Made by a program: the position numbers and the translations under genes. A stretch of DNA of 64,000 bases, from assembly GCA_951406725.2 (NCBI GenBank), contig OX597814.1, forward strand, positions 155,806,001-155,870,000, read 5' to 3'. This document shows positions 14,855-28,069 of this stretch, one piece after another (the first letter of the stretch is position 1; the number at the start of each line of letters is the position of its first letter). This stretch comes from Octopus vulgaris. Lineage: Eukaryota. The notes below the pieces were generated by a model. The model did not search any database. It was not told the DNA's origin and worked only from the letters and a program-made list of their open reading frames with translations.

Positions 14855-15900
14855 GATCTGGGACTTACTGCCTTAAAATATTGGATCGAAAAAGCATAGA
14901 GAAGTGATTCCCCAAAGATTTACCGTAACCTTCATACTAGACGCGGTTCGCCTCATCCTCGAAAACCATACATTTCTTTTCAACGGAAAAACTACCTCAA
15001 GTTTCGAGGAACAGCTATGGGGACTCGATCTGCTTCAGTTTTCACGAACTCAGTATTGGGATACACGGAACAAAACCTACATTTAAAAAAATGAAGAGAA
15101 CTACGGCACGACCTTTGAAAGACATATAGAGGACACATAGAAAAGATACCTCCATGATTATTTCCCAATTAGGACCAAATCCTTAGAAAATCTGGAAGAA
15201 TTCTGCATCCTCCTCAACGATCTACACCCTAATCTCAAATTCACAAGAGAAATGAGCAACACACAATTACCATTTGTTGACATAATGGTAATTAAAACAA
15301 CACCACAATCACAACTGATATTTATTACAAAAGCACAGATAGACACCAATTTTAAATCATGCCACTCAACATACACAAAACGCAACATCGCATACTGTTT
15401 AGTCATGGAAATTTGTACTATAGTCGATTATCGAAATACTAGAGCCATACGACTTATAGAACTCAAATGATTTCTGCTCCAGCAAAATTACCCTCTCCAC
15501 CTTATAGAAAATAGCATGCAACGAGAAAAGGGGATACCTATAGAGCAACTTACGAAAAAGATGAACCCATCTTACGAAAAAGATAAACCCATCAAAGGAA
15601 CACAATATTACTTCTAATAACACACAATCCGAATCAGCGAAACATTTTAACATCATCAAAACAAATTAGCCAATCATAATTGTGAGGAACTATATATAGG
15701 CGAGACAGGGAATCGCTAACTAGTCCACAGACAACAAATCCCGAACACCAACGTTCGCCTAATTCCATTAAGCGAACATATAGAGACATGTGGTCAGAAA
15801 ATGTTCCTAATTTTTTCCTTTCCACGAACTACATTACACAAGTTAGATTAGAAGAAAGATAAAAGAAAAATGATTTATAAACCCAGTTCTGAACGGAAAT
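14855..15900 (+). mobile_element. Penelope-like element relic (RT C-terminal half plus GIY-YIG endonuclease remnant), frameshifted
   Basis: Peptides across frames: LILENHTFLFNGKNY..GTAMGTRSA, LNDLHPNLKFTREMSNTQLPFVDIMV, FKSCHSTYTKRNIAY, NCEELYIGETG. These are the hallmarks of Penelope RT and GIY-YIG. Confidence 0.85.
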
Positions 15901-16435
15901 GATATAGGGACTAGCTAATTATTTGGATTTTAAAATATCTCTAACATTTGAACATACAGAAATTGCAGAATATCGGTACCCCTAGTAAACCGTGATGTTT
16001 AAGCTGCATGCGGATTGGTCAAAACAGTATTCTAAAAAAATCAGCTTATTGGAGCGTTCTAATAGGTACTAAAGTTGTCAAGAACTCAACTATCAGTTAA
16101 GTACATTTGAAATGTAATGATTACTGTATGCATGAAAGAGCTAATTTGACTTTATGAGCATAAAAAGATATCTGTTTTTATTGTTAAAATACCATAATAA
16201 AAAACGTGAAAACCAGACCAATAATATATCAGTTGAATAAACTTAAATCATGATCTTTTGAGCACTTCCTTTTTGCAGTCCTATGAACCCTTTGTCTCCG
16301 TAAAAAGAGGCTAAAAGTATTTGCTTGTTATATATATATATATATATATACACATATATATATATATACACATATATATATATATGTGTGTGTGTGTATG
16401 TATGTATGTATTTATGTGTGTGTATAGATATATGA

Positions 16436-16487
<52 letters not shown>

Positions 16488-17284
16488 CATTGATTCTGTT
16501 ATTATCTTGTGCAACAATTTAAAAATGATACTGACAGAATCAATAATATAGGTAGTTGCAGGCCCCGACAAAAGTATCAAATAGCTGAAGGATTAAAATT
16601 AATCAAGTATAAACTAAGCATGTCTGCCTGATGGAAATAACAGTCAAACCTCTTATTTAAATTGCTAAAATACATTTTAATAACTACAGAAAACAACCGT
16701 CCGAAGGCAAACGGGCCAAGACAATCTTTCAGCATACATTCAAGTATTTGGTCTCGGGTGGACCAATTCCTGGACTGGCATAATAGCCTAATCTTCCTCA
16801 GCACACGTTCCCATGTTGTGTCAAAGCCAGCGCTGCAACTGATTCGTTTTACGCCGAAATCATGACAGCCACTAGTGTGAAAATAATTTCAATACAGAGC
16901 AAATAATTCACGAAATAAAATTATTTGTGAAGATACCATTGACTTTGTTATTATCTAGTGTAACAATTTAAAAATTATACTTCCGGAATCAATAATATAG
17001 GTGATTGCAGGTCCCCCAGAAAGCATCAAATATAGCTGAAAGATTAAAATTAATGAAAAGACATGCTAAGCATATCTATCTGTTGGAAGTAACAGTCAAA
17101 ACTCTTATTTAAATCACCAAAGTACACTGATGATAACTACAGAAATCAGCCGTCTCAAAGCAAAAGGGCCAAGACAACCTTTCAACATTAAAATATTTTT
17201 GGCTCACGTGGACCGGTTTCTGGACTGGCATAATAACATAATCAGAAATATGGACGATTGCTGAAAGATTGTCTTGGCCCGTTT
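16488..17284. repeat. Non-coding repeat: 449-bp-period direct repeat plus a 26-bp inverted terminal piece (Penelope pseudo-LTR-like)
   Basis: 16488-16793 resembles 16937-17243 (diverged). 17259-17284 is the exact reverse complement of 16709-16734. The repeat starts at a (TA)n tract. Confidence 0.8.
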
Positions 17285-17420
17285 ATATGTTTATATACAT
17301 GTGTGTTTATATACTAATATATAAATACAAATTTGCATATAAATAAACATTCATGTGCATATAAATAAATAACACACACGCACACACACACACACATACA
17401 CACACACATATACAAACACA

Positions 17421-17467
<47 letters not shown>

Positions 17468-17468
<1 letters not shown>

Positions 17469-17685
17469 GCGGCGAGCTGGTAGAAACGTTAGCACGCCGG
17501 ACGAAATTCGTCTGTCATTACGTTCCGAGTTCAAATTCCGCCGAGGTCGACTTTGCCTTTCATCCTTTCGGGGTCGATAAATTAAGTACCAGTTATGCAC
17601 TGGGGTCAATGTAGTCGACTTAATCCCTTTGTCTGTCCTTGTTTGTCCCCTCTGTGTTTAGCCCCTTGTGGGTAGTAAAGAAATT
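17468..17685 (+). mobile_element. tRNA-derived SINE, family B (Meta/MESC-domain-like)
   Basis: B box gagttcaaattc; gtcgactttgcctttcatcctttcggggtcgataaattaagtaccag resembles the MetaSINE conserved domain. Confidence 0.8.
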
Positions 17686-17754
17686 TTTCTTTCTAGTTTC
17701 AGCTCAGAGCTGCGACCATGCTGATGCACCGCCGTTAATTATATATACATAAGG

Positions 17755-17881
17755 GCAGGAGTCGCTGTGTGGTCTGCCCGAGGCTATAATAGAAGACACT
17801 TGCCCTAGGTTCCACGCAGTGGGACTGAACCCGGAACAATGTGGTTGGTAAGCAAGCTACTTACCACACAGTCACTCCTGC
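17755..17881 (-). mobile_element. Family-A SINE head with a short inverted duplication of its 5' end
   Basis: Minus-strand head at 17770-17881, preceded by plus-strand gcaggagtcgctgtgtggt. Confidence 0.8.
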
Positions 17882-17884
17882 ACT

Positions 17885-17954
<70 letters not shown>

Positions 17955-18919
17955 AAACACACGAATGTATTGCGTTTAAATGTTATCGCCAAATTTGTTT
18001 TTTATCTCTCAGGCCGATAAAAATTTCTGACAATTTACTAGGATCAATTCGACCGATTATACTTGTTCCCAAAGCAATTGTGATTTAGTCCACGACTCAA
18101 ATGATTTCTTTCTGCATTTAGTTGTTTGGTATATCATATTGAAGGGAAATGAAGTGAGCAAAAAGAAATACAGAGAAAACGATCAAATACTGTAATGTAC
18201 ACGAAACAGTACGTGGACTGCACCAGAGACATGATTAGATTATCAATTGTCGCCATGTTATTTATCTTACACCAACATTTCCGTTGGAAAAAAAATATGT
18301 AAATTGGTTTTCGCCTCTAGAGTTGCTGTCGACGAATCAATTCATTTGCAGATGTTGCATTGTGTTCATGACTAAGAAATTTGACATACTCTAGCCCAAT
18401 CAATCTAGATGCAAATGCTCACCATCAGTTGGTAAATTTCTCCGCTAAAATAAGCGCGAACATTGTATAATTAAGGTCTATTAAGTTACCTTCTAAGTTA
18501 CCCTGCTGTGAATTAGATATCACGTGTTGCATATCTCAATGTGTTCAATATCTCCCATTATAATGACTGGGAGGCTGATTGTTCTTAACTGCCAGCCTTA
18601 ATAGAGATATTTTTCATGTAATACTACAATAACAAAGGAAGTTGCAGTCCACCTTCTTTTCTTTCAAAAGGCTGTTCAAATTATTTTTATGTGAAATGTA
18701 TATAATTAACATCTGACGTTTATGAAGCAGTGGGCTTATTCTCGGCAGTCATTGTGATTAGATGCATGAGGAGTTATCAGTTGGAGTAGGAATGTTTTTT
18801 TCTTTTAGTAACTAGTATATTGATTTGTGTGATAATAAATTCTGTGTATTAATTTTATATTCCAAAAATAAAGCTTTACCTATTCCCTAAGTAATGAAGT
18901 AATAACTGATGACTATATA

Positions 18920-19302
18920 TATTCAATCTCCCGGGATTGTCAGCAGAACCGTCGTTACGACCCTCTTCGCGGCTTCCACGCCAGGAAAACAGCTTCCCTT
19001 GATGACCCCACCCCTTGAACTTGAAGGTAAAGAAAAAATTACACGGTACTTAGTCGGGTGATTTGGAAGGCTGTTCCAGCACGGTATTATTCTTATCAGC
19101 AAGGAACTTCCGGCTGCTCAAAGCGTTGTGAGCCGTCATGTTGTCGTAGCTAAGTACCCATGAGTCGTCCTCCATAATTCTAGCCACTTCTCGCGCAAGT
19201 GCCACAGGGTCTCTTTGTAGACATGCCGCAACAACTGTTGCAGGATTTCTGTAGATACACTGGTTAATCGTCTAGCTTCGTACCGATTACACTTACATCG
19301 AT
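18920..19302 (-). mobile_element. Partial copy of an internally deleted mariner element
   Basis: Colinear with about 20310-20685; encodes decayed C-terminal transposase residues. Confidence 0.8.
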
Positions 19303-20151
19303 TTTCAAAAGAGAATCACTATTTTTATGAAGTTAGAAAGATCAGAACAGAAACTTTTAAAACTTGTTTCTAAGTGAACTTTCTAAACAAAGGAATACGT
19401 TTGTTCACTAGATGTAGGAAACATGTTATTTTTCGAATGCCACTCAAAGTTCGCGACCATTGTTCATTGTTGATATTGTAATATTAGACTAGTTTGTTGT
19501 CACATTAGTTAGACTCGGAGTTTTATATATACAAAAAAAATTTACATCTTTTTAACATTATCTTCTCAGTACATTTTTAAATATGCCGTGTATGGTACAG
19601 GATCTCTCTCTAAAACAGAAATTTTAAAACAAATTTAATGGTTTGGTAATATTAAACATTAAAATCGAACTGCTGGAACCCAGTTAAAATAATGAAAGAA
19701 TATATTAATCGTAGAAGAGTTATTGGTTGGAAGCTGTTTAGGTTAAATGCATTAGCACTTCATATTTGAAAGAACTGAATAAAACCGCTCCGAAGTAGAA
19801 GAATTCTTCTATATTAAGAATTAATACATGGACGTTCAATTTATTAATTCATTTGAAAAATTTATAAATGATATTCCAAAATTATATTGTTTCTATGAAC
19901 TATGAAAACTGTCAGAAAGACACTAGAAATTGTTTTCGGGAAATTTTCAACTCCAACGCGTTCTTTAACCCTTCTATAATGATTAGCATAATTGATCAAC
20001 CGATAGCTGTTCATTTTGCAGATATGTGAGTTAAGAACATGTATCATGTTTATAACGATTGTGTTTCGTTGCCCTTCTTTGACTCTGAAATAAAATGACA
20101 AGTGTTTTTTATTGAAAGAGAAAACAATTAACTATGAATGCTTGAACATAC

Positions 20152-21113
20152 ATTTGAGGTGCATCAGAAAAGAAACAGGTGTTGGGCCACAAAAGAATTT
20201 ATGTCAAACCCAAATTACAAGCTACAAGTTTTCACATCGAAGCAATCCCCCTCGAGACTAACGCAATTTCCTATCCGTCTTCGCCACGCGAAAATGCTCT
20301 CTCGGAAGAATTCTCCTGGGGTTGTCAGCAGAATCGTCGTTACGATTCTCTACGTGGCTTCCACGCCAGGAAAATGGCTTCCCTTGCTGATATCACCCCT
20401 TGATTTTGAAGGTAAAGAAAAGATTACACGGCACTTAGTCGGGTGATTTGAGTGATTGTTCCAGCACGGCATTGTTCTTTTCAGCAAGGAACTTCCGGCT
20501 GCTCAGGACGTTGTGAGCCATTGTGTTGTCGTAGCGAAGTAACCATGAGTTGTCCTCCATAATTATAGCCTCTCCTCGCGCAAATGCCACAGATCACTTT
20601 GTAGACATGCCGTAGCAACTGTTGCAGGATTTCTGTAGATACACTGGTTGATCGTCTGGCTTCGTAGCGATTCCCCTAACATCGAAGAATGTTATCAACG
20701 TTGGTTTCATTCCTGCTGCTGGAAAGCTTTCTGCTCCTGGGTTTGTCATCCACATCACCACGCCCCACTTTAAACTTATTGTGCCACTCGAAAATTTGTG
20801 AGCACGACATCATCTTCTCTCCGTATATTTGTTGCAGTAGTTCGAGTGAGTCTGACGGAGTTTTCTCCAACTGGACTAGAAACTTCGGATTGATACGTTG
20901 CTCAGAAACCATTACTTGACAGCCTAAAATCGAGGAGCTGTTGACAAAAGCACAAGGACAAACATACAATGGCTGCAGTGAGGAGAGATCGCAGTTATAT
21001 ACTCACCGGACATTACGTCACACAGCGATATAATCCTTTAATCCTTATCCCACACTTGGCTCACAGGCTCACACAACACACAAGGTTCTGTTACTTTTCT
21101 GGCCCAGCTCGTA
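20152..21113 (-). mobile_element. Internally deleted Tc1/mariner element with decayed TIRs
   Basis: ORF 20676..20969 gives EQRINPKFLVQLEKTPSDSLELLQQIYGEKMMSCSQIFEWHNKFKVGRGDVDDKPRS, the mariner N-terminal HTH. The ends gaggtgcatcagaaaagaaacag and ctgttacttttctggcccagctcgta are imperfect inverted repeats. Confidence 0.85.
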
Positions 21114-21647
21114 TGACCCACCAATTTAAATTGTATTTTTAGAGTATATACACTTTTAGGATATAACACACGTGCGCGCGCGCACGCATATTTCGGCGTG
21201 GATGAATTGTTAAGAAATTCGGTCTGAAAATACATGGCTTCGAGCTCACTCCAAGTGCATGCTATTTTCAGCAAATGTGTTCTACAACCTAGGGTTAACC
21301 AACAATATGCGTATTGAAATAAGTAGACAATAGACTGCAAAAATCCGTTATATATATATATATGTAAGTATACACATATGTGAATGTGTGTGTTTATGTG
21401 AATGTATGTATATGTGTGTATGTATATGTTCATGGGCATATGTGCCGTTATGTTTTTATTTACATTGACACGACTTGAATAAAGATGCTCTGTGTTTGTT
21501 TTGTAACTTATTACTACGACGAAATAATGCCGATTTGAAATGTGTCAGCGTTAAAACAAGTGTTAAGTCCGATAGAGTTAAGTAATATCATTCAATATAT
21601 AGAGCCAGCATACCTCAATTTCTATTGTTGATAAAAAGGTAAGAATA

Positions 21648-23000
21648 TATGGGGTCATCCCATAAATAATGCGGTTTTTTTCAATTGCGTGAAGTAAAAG
21701 TCGGAGGGGGACGGGATAAACTACCTGCCTCAACTTGCTATCAAAGCAGGTAGAAATTTTACCTTGTTCTTACTCTTATGCAAGTTTTGAAGAGCGGAGT
21801 TTTTTTTTATACAAAACTACAGTAACAAAGGATCATATTCGGTTTATTTTGCTTTATGAGTTCACTAAAGGCAACACCGCAACGGAAAGTACGAGCAATA
21901 AATTAAGTACCAGTTACGCACTGGGGTCGATATAATCGACTTAATCCGTTTGTCTGTCCTTGTTTGTCCTCTCTGCGTTTCGCTCCTTGTGGTTAGTAAA
22001 AAACAATTTTTTTTAAATATTAATGCAGTATATGGGGATCGGACAATAGGCGTAAGCCAGTGACAACGGTGATACCAGTAATTCTGAGCCAGTAATTACA
22101 GCTTAGAAGACAAGCCTTATCCTGGAAGATCCGTAGAGATCGACAAGGGCGTTCTGCAAACCCTGATGGAACAAAATCCCATCGTAAATGTTGAGAAACT
22201 AGCAAAGATCCTTGGATTTCATCAGTCAATAATTCATCGACACCTGCGTGCCATCGAGAAAGTCATCAAATTGGATCGATGGGTTTGTCACAAATATTCC
22301 GAGACCAATCGCGCGCAGAGAGTGAATGTTTGCTATTTTTTGCTGTCACGTCTCATGAATGAATCTTTTTTTAATCGAGTAGTGACTGGGTCCTCTATAA
22401 ACATGTCGAAGAAAGAGGAAGAAAGAGGAAGCAGCGGCACCCAAGAATACATAAGGTCTTCATTCACGTAAAGTGTTGTTATCTGTTTGGTGGGATATGA
22501 AAGGTTTAGCCCACTGTGAACTTTTAAACCCAAACCAAATGATGAACGGCTTAAGACATTTCTAAGCTTGAGCGGCTTAAGACATTTCTAGAAGAAAAAC
22601 CACCATATTTGCTTTCAAGACGAAAGGTGTTCTTCCATCAGGAGACATACGGCTACATACAATGAGGATGACATTCCAAAGGCTGGAGTAGTTTGAATGG
22701 GAAATGTTGCCTCGACCACCATAGACGCCGGACATTGCCCTACCTGATTATCCTTTATTCTGCAATCTTCAAAATCATTTGGACGGAAAACACAAGAATT
22801 CTCTAGACGAAGTCAGAACAGTACTGGAGAAGTATTTTTCGTCCCGGATAAGTTAATTTTGGAAGAAGGGCTTTGCAAGGCTACCAGATAGATTGAAGAG
22901 AATTTTAGAAATGAAGGAGAGTATATTTTAGATTAAAAAAGAATTTTATCATAATTTTGAATAATAAAAGAAGTATAGAAAAGCCGCAATATATATTGAT
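21648..23000 (+). mobile_element. Near full-length degenerate mariner (Mos1/Hsmar-like) transposon, interrupted by a SINE fragment
   Basis: TKDHIRFILLYEFTKGNTATE, HRHLRAIEKVIKLDRWVCH (WVPHEL-like), FFNRVVTG and PP*TPDIALPDYPLF (YSPDLAPSDY-like); stops and frameshifts. A family-B SINE piece lies at about 21898-22005. Confidence 0.9.
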
Positions 23001-23363
23001 ATGTGTGTGTGTGCGTGTGTGTGTGTCTGTGTGTATCTGTATTTGTGTGTACGTTTGCGTGTATGTTAGTATGCAAGTATGTATGTCTGCAAGCACACAC
23101 ACGCACGCACACTCACCCACTCACTCACTCACACACACACACGCACACACATGTATGCACGCACACACGCACACACGCAAATACGCACGTATATACCTAT
23201 ATAAGTGAATGGACAAAATAAAGTGGCTCTTAACACATTTGATGGGATTTACATATACATTTTTTTATTAGTTTATATTAGAGCTGAGACCGTTATATAT
23301 AAAATATGTCCATGAAACATATATGTATGTATGCATAAGTGTGTGCATTTCCTTAAGTTCACG

Positions 23364-23395
<32 letters not shown>

Positions 23396-23514
23396 TAAAT
23401 GAAGATGGCAGTGATTTATCTCGATGCTAGAGAATATATGCAAGTAAAGCCAATATGAGAGTTTCTCTCATGGTATTTACTGCAGTATAGTTTGTTCTAA
23501 TAGAACAAGTGGGA

Positions 23515-23573
<59 letters not shown>

Positions 23574-23590
23574 TACATATGTATATATAA

Positions 23591-23642
<52 letters not shown>

Positions 23643-24050
23643 TTATGCATATGGGAATGAGCGTGTATGTGTATATGTGCCTGTCTGATTATTTCGATCA
23701 ATGTCTTTTATAAGGAAATCATTTACCTTTATTATGTATGCGATGCTTTCTGGGATGATTAGTAAGTCAAGATTTTGTTTTAAATTTACTTTCTTAAATT
23801 TAGCACCAGTATGTGTTTAACGACTGCATCAAAATCAGATCTATCGTTTTCCATACTTCTAAAACATTACTAATCGGTTGCCACACAATAATACTTGAGC
23901 TGAATTAGGCCTAAATAATTAAGTAGTTGGCAAATATATGAAAAATCATTCGTTGAAACTTTTCTGGCATTTTTCACAATTCATGTCTTTTCGTTATTTC
24001 AAAACCTTATGCTTGCTAAATGATTAATCTTACGACATGCAGTTCTCGAA

Positions 24051-24608
24051 GGCGGTGAGGTGGCAGAATCGTTAGCACCTCGGGCGAAATGCGTAGCGGT
24101 ATTTCGTCTACCGATACGTTCTGAGTTCAAATTCCGTCGAGGTCGACTTTGCCTTTCATCCTTTCGGGGTCGATTAAATAAGTATCAGTTACGCACTGGA
24201 TCGATGTAATCGACTTAACCCGTTTGTCTGTCCTCCTTTGTCCTCTCTGTGTTTAGCCCCTTGTGGGTAGCAAAGAAATAGGTATTTCGTCTGAGTTCAA
24301 ATTCCATCGAGGTTGACTTTGCCTTTCATCCTTTCGGGGTCGATTAAATAAGTACCAGTTTCGCACTGCGGTCGATATAATCGACTTAATCCGTTTGTCT
24401 GTCCTTGTTTTTCCTCTCTGTGTTTAGCCCCTCGTGGGCAGTAAAGAAATAGGTATTTCGTCTCAGTTCAAATTCCGTCGAGATTGACTTCGCCTTTCAT
24501 CCTTTCGGGGTCGATAAATCAAATACCAATTGCATACTGGGGTCGATCTAATCGACTGGTCCCTTACTCCAAAATTTCGGGCCTTGTGCCTAGAGCAGAA
24601 AAGAATAT
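24051..24608 (+). mobile_element. Family-B SINE head followed by three tandem units of about 170 bp
   Basis: ctgagttcaaattcc recurs at 24121, 24291 and 24462 (ctcag variant); the last unit carries a different tail. Confidence 0.9.
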
Positions 24609-25600
24609 ACATTTCTCGAACGTGTTTGTCCTTCGCAAAAATCATGTCAGATCTGATTCTCAAATTATGCTCCACAGCTATGATGCAGCTATGTGATACC
24701 GCTGACGACTCCATAAAAGTCCGGATGATATCATACCGATAATTACATGTAAGGAAATACCATGAAAATTACCACAGCAATATTAGTATTGTATCTCTCG
24801 AATGTTATGGATGTGAGAAATCATTTCACACGTTGAGAATCAATGTGTTAACAAGACTAGCCATTACATCCACGTGCTTAATAAACTGGGGTGGAATGCC
24901 ATCATTTTCTACTGAATTATGATAATAAATGGCAAATTATAATCCGTGTACCTTAAATTTACTTACTATCTATATCTTATAAAAGACCTTACTTCTGAAG
25001 CTCTTTCCAACTCGAGTGAAAGGGGTGTAAAAAAGAATATGAAATAATTTGTCTGTTTCTGAGAATATTTTCGGCATCAGTGATGAATGGTAACCCAACA
25101 TTGGAGTGTAATGAATTTTGTTTGTTTGTTTGCGAAAACAGTTTGATTCGGGTCTTGGGCGACTTAAAGTTTCGCAGGCTACTTACAGAAACATAGCTCA
25201 TTCAGGATCAGATGACCAAACTTTGTAATTTAATTCAGTTATCTGAGCATTTACAAACTAGGTTTCTGTGAGAAGCCGACAAAACTTAAACTTACATCAA
25301 GCCAAATCAATCTGCTTTAAATAATAATATATGAAACCCCTACCTATTTTGTTGAGTGCATATATATATATGTGCATGCACTCAAAGCGTAGGCTCGATA
25401 CGTAAAAGACTTTTCCATTTTTCCCGAGGGTCAAACTAAGACTCTTGTTGTTGCAATACCTGTCTACTTCGCTGTTTCTCGATAAATTTGAGCTATATAT
25501 ATATATATATATATATACGCACATATACATTTACATATTTATGTATATATGTATGTATACATGTATGTATATGTGTATATGTTATACATATTTGCATGTA

Positions 25601-25638
<38 letters not shown>

Positions 25639-25749
25639 CATTTTTATCATATGCCAGCCATATATCTATGAATATGCTCGCTATTTATATCCTATCCCTG
25701 CTCTCCTACCCCGTTTGCGCCGCTTCAAAACTGATTAAACTGCTCTGTG

Positions 25750-26990
25750 GTACTTTAGTAATACTTAATACTTAACTAATGTTCGGATAATTTTTGAATT
25801 GATATTATATCTGAATTATGTCTCCAAATACACTTTTTGTGTTTGCCCGTCCTAAAGCCTAAAATACTGGCGGCAAAAACATTTTATTTGAAGTGTTTCA
25901 CTTGACCCTAATGCAGTAAATTTTCAAAAGATTTGATAATAGAGACATGTGTTTTGTGTTATAGCATCTTGCAGTTAACTAGTATGCACATTTTTGGAGA
26001 TATCGTGGTATATGGCTGATCTGTTTCCTAACAATTATTTCCAGTTTTGTCGAATAAGCTATTGGACCCTTCCAGTACATAGCCTTAAGCACAACGTTGC
26101 ACGCTAACAGATCTTGCCTTTTGTAGTTTAAAAAAGGCGGCACTTCCTTTAATGTTTCCTTGTTCAAGTATTTTGCTAATACACTGTGTGCCCTTTTGAG
26201 AATGTAAATATTATTAGCTGGGTAGCTACGGAACTAACCCATACCACTACCTTTTCTTTCTCTCTGTTTTAAGTAATAATCTGATATTTCTGTAATATTC
26301 TTACTTAAATATTTTGTTCATGTTTTGTGTGCCATTATTTCTAAGTAATAGTAAGACTTTGTTGTATCTAATTCTCTTATGTCTATTTCAGTTGAACTCA
26401 ATTATCACGTTAAGAAAATTTTCAGCCGAATCCTACAGCTATTCCTCTGATAAACTTATTTATCGCGTGGTTTCTGTTTGTTTATCACTTGCAGCATACA
26501 TACAATAGGTTGTATGTTGGCTAACTGAGATTTTCATTCTAAAGTACTTTTGTATAAGGCCACCTTGTTATAATAACATTGGTAAAGTTAGAAATCACTT
26601 TGAGCGCCTTAGTGCCATTTAAATGTACTTCTCACAAAGATGGAGTTAGTTTTTCCCAAAAACTCACTTTCTACTTTTATTTGTAGAATTGTCTGACATT
26701 TGCCCGTGACACATTTTATGTGTCGATCCGCATTGTTATCTTCAATATCTAATAATTTATCCGTCATGCAGAAACACTTTCCCCATTCTACCATCCGTAC
26801 TTACGCCTTCATTTCTCAGTAACTGATCTTTACAGCCATGCATACTTTGTAGCATTCCTTGATTCCTTGATTTTTAGAACAGGGTTGTTTGTATATTACT
26901 ATTTATTTCCCGCAGCCAATACCTTGTTAGCGGCCAGATGGCATGGATCTCTACATTTTAAGATTTGTTGTTTCTTTATTCTTTGGAATT
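25750..26990 (-). mobile_element. Ancient R4/Dong-type LINE relic (RT region)
   Basis: Minus-strand remnants CYKVCMAVKISY / SMHGCKDQLL, GKCQTILQIK, IRELDTTKSYYYLEI and YKRQDLLACN resemble R4/Dong RT and C-terminal motifs, several also present in the 62-64 kb copy. Confidence 0.6.
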
Positions 26991-27083
26991 AAAATAATTT
27001 TTGCCACACAATGTAAATATCTTGCTTCCTTTTTTGTTTAAGTCAGTATATTATTAAACAATTATCATAATAACTTACCTATG

Positions 27084-27392
27084 TGGAGGCACGTGGCTTA
27101 GTGGTCAGTGTATTCGGCTCAAGATCGTGAGTTCAATTCCCAGGGACGCGTTGTGTCATTGAGCAACACACTATATTTTACGCTACTGCAGTCCACTCAG
27201 CTGGCAAAAATGAGTAGTACCTGTATTTCAAAGGAACAACCTTGTCACGTTTTGTGTCACGCTGAGTCTTCCTGAGAGCTACGTTAAAGGTACACGTGTC
27301 AGTAGAATGCTTGTCCACTTGGACGTTAATTCTACGAGGAAGCTGGTCCGTTGATCTGATCAATTGTAATCTTCACCATCGAAACTGACGTG
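27084..27392 (+). mobile_element. tRNA-derived SINE, family C
   Basis: A box tggcttagtgg, B box gagttcaattcc, CORE-like ttgagcaacac..ccactcagctg; a second copy lies at 45582-45875. Confidence 0.75.
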
Positions 27393-27990
27393 GTTATCTT
27401 ACCTGTGTTCATTAAACATTTCTCCTACAGTTATTGTAATGATCATTAACTATTTTTGTGAATAATGTTTATCTATGATTGGAGATACGAGCAGTCAAGA
27501 GAGTGGAAAATACAAATACGCACCACTAAGTTTTTAAAAACAAATGACATATTCAAACAAAAATACAGAAAATAGGAACGAATGAAAACGGAAATTGAAT
27601 TGGGAGAGCCAACTGTACAGATATACATCTAAGCGAGTTTTAAAATGTGTGGGAGTGAGAACCATTTCTGAGCTTTCTGTCTAAAAGGAGGTAAGGAAAC
27701 AGATGATAAAATGTGGTGATAGCTAAAATTTAACCAACGAATCCACAAATGTAATACATCTATTTTTAACGTTCCTGGTGCAACTAAACACCTAGTTTCT
27801 ACATAACTCCCAGTGGTTGTCATATCTAGGTTGTCATGTCTTTTCTTGTATTCTTTCCAGCATGTTACATTCACTTACTTTCCTCCTTTGATTTACATAA
27901 CCTATATTGGGAATCTACTTGGTGCATATCTACCTTTGGATTTTATTCAATTAGTCCTTAGTACCCGATCTTGTGCTGCTAATATATTGA

Positions 27991-28057
<67 letters not shown>

Positions 28058-28058
28058 T
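27991..28058. repeat. (TTA)n microsatellite
   Basis: Seen directly; lies between R4/Dong relics. Confidence 0.95.
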
Positions 28059-28069
28059 ACTTTATAGTT

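Noticed and set aside
17127-17156. CTGATGA-taactaca-GAAA-tcagcc-GTC hammerhead-like string
   Set aside because: Stems I, II and III do not pair, and the motif is absent from the sister repeat copy.
24051-24608. CRISPR-like regular repeats
   Set aside because: The units are whole SINE bodies with no unique spacers and no cas genes, in a eukaryotic context.
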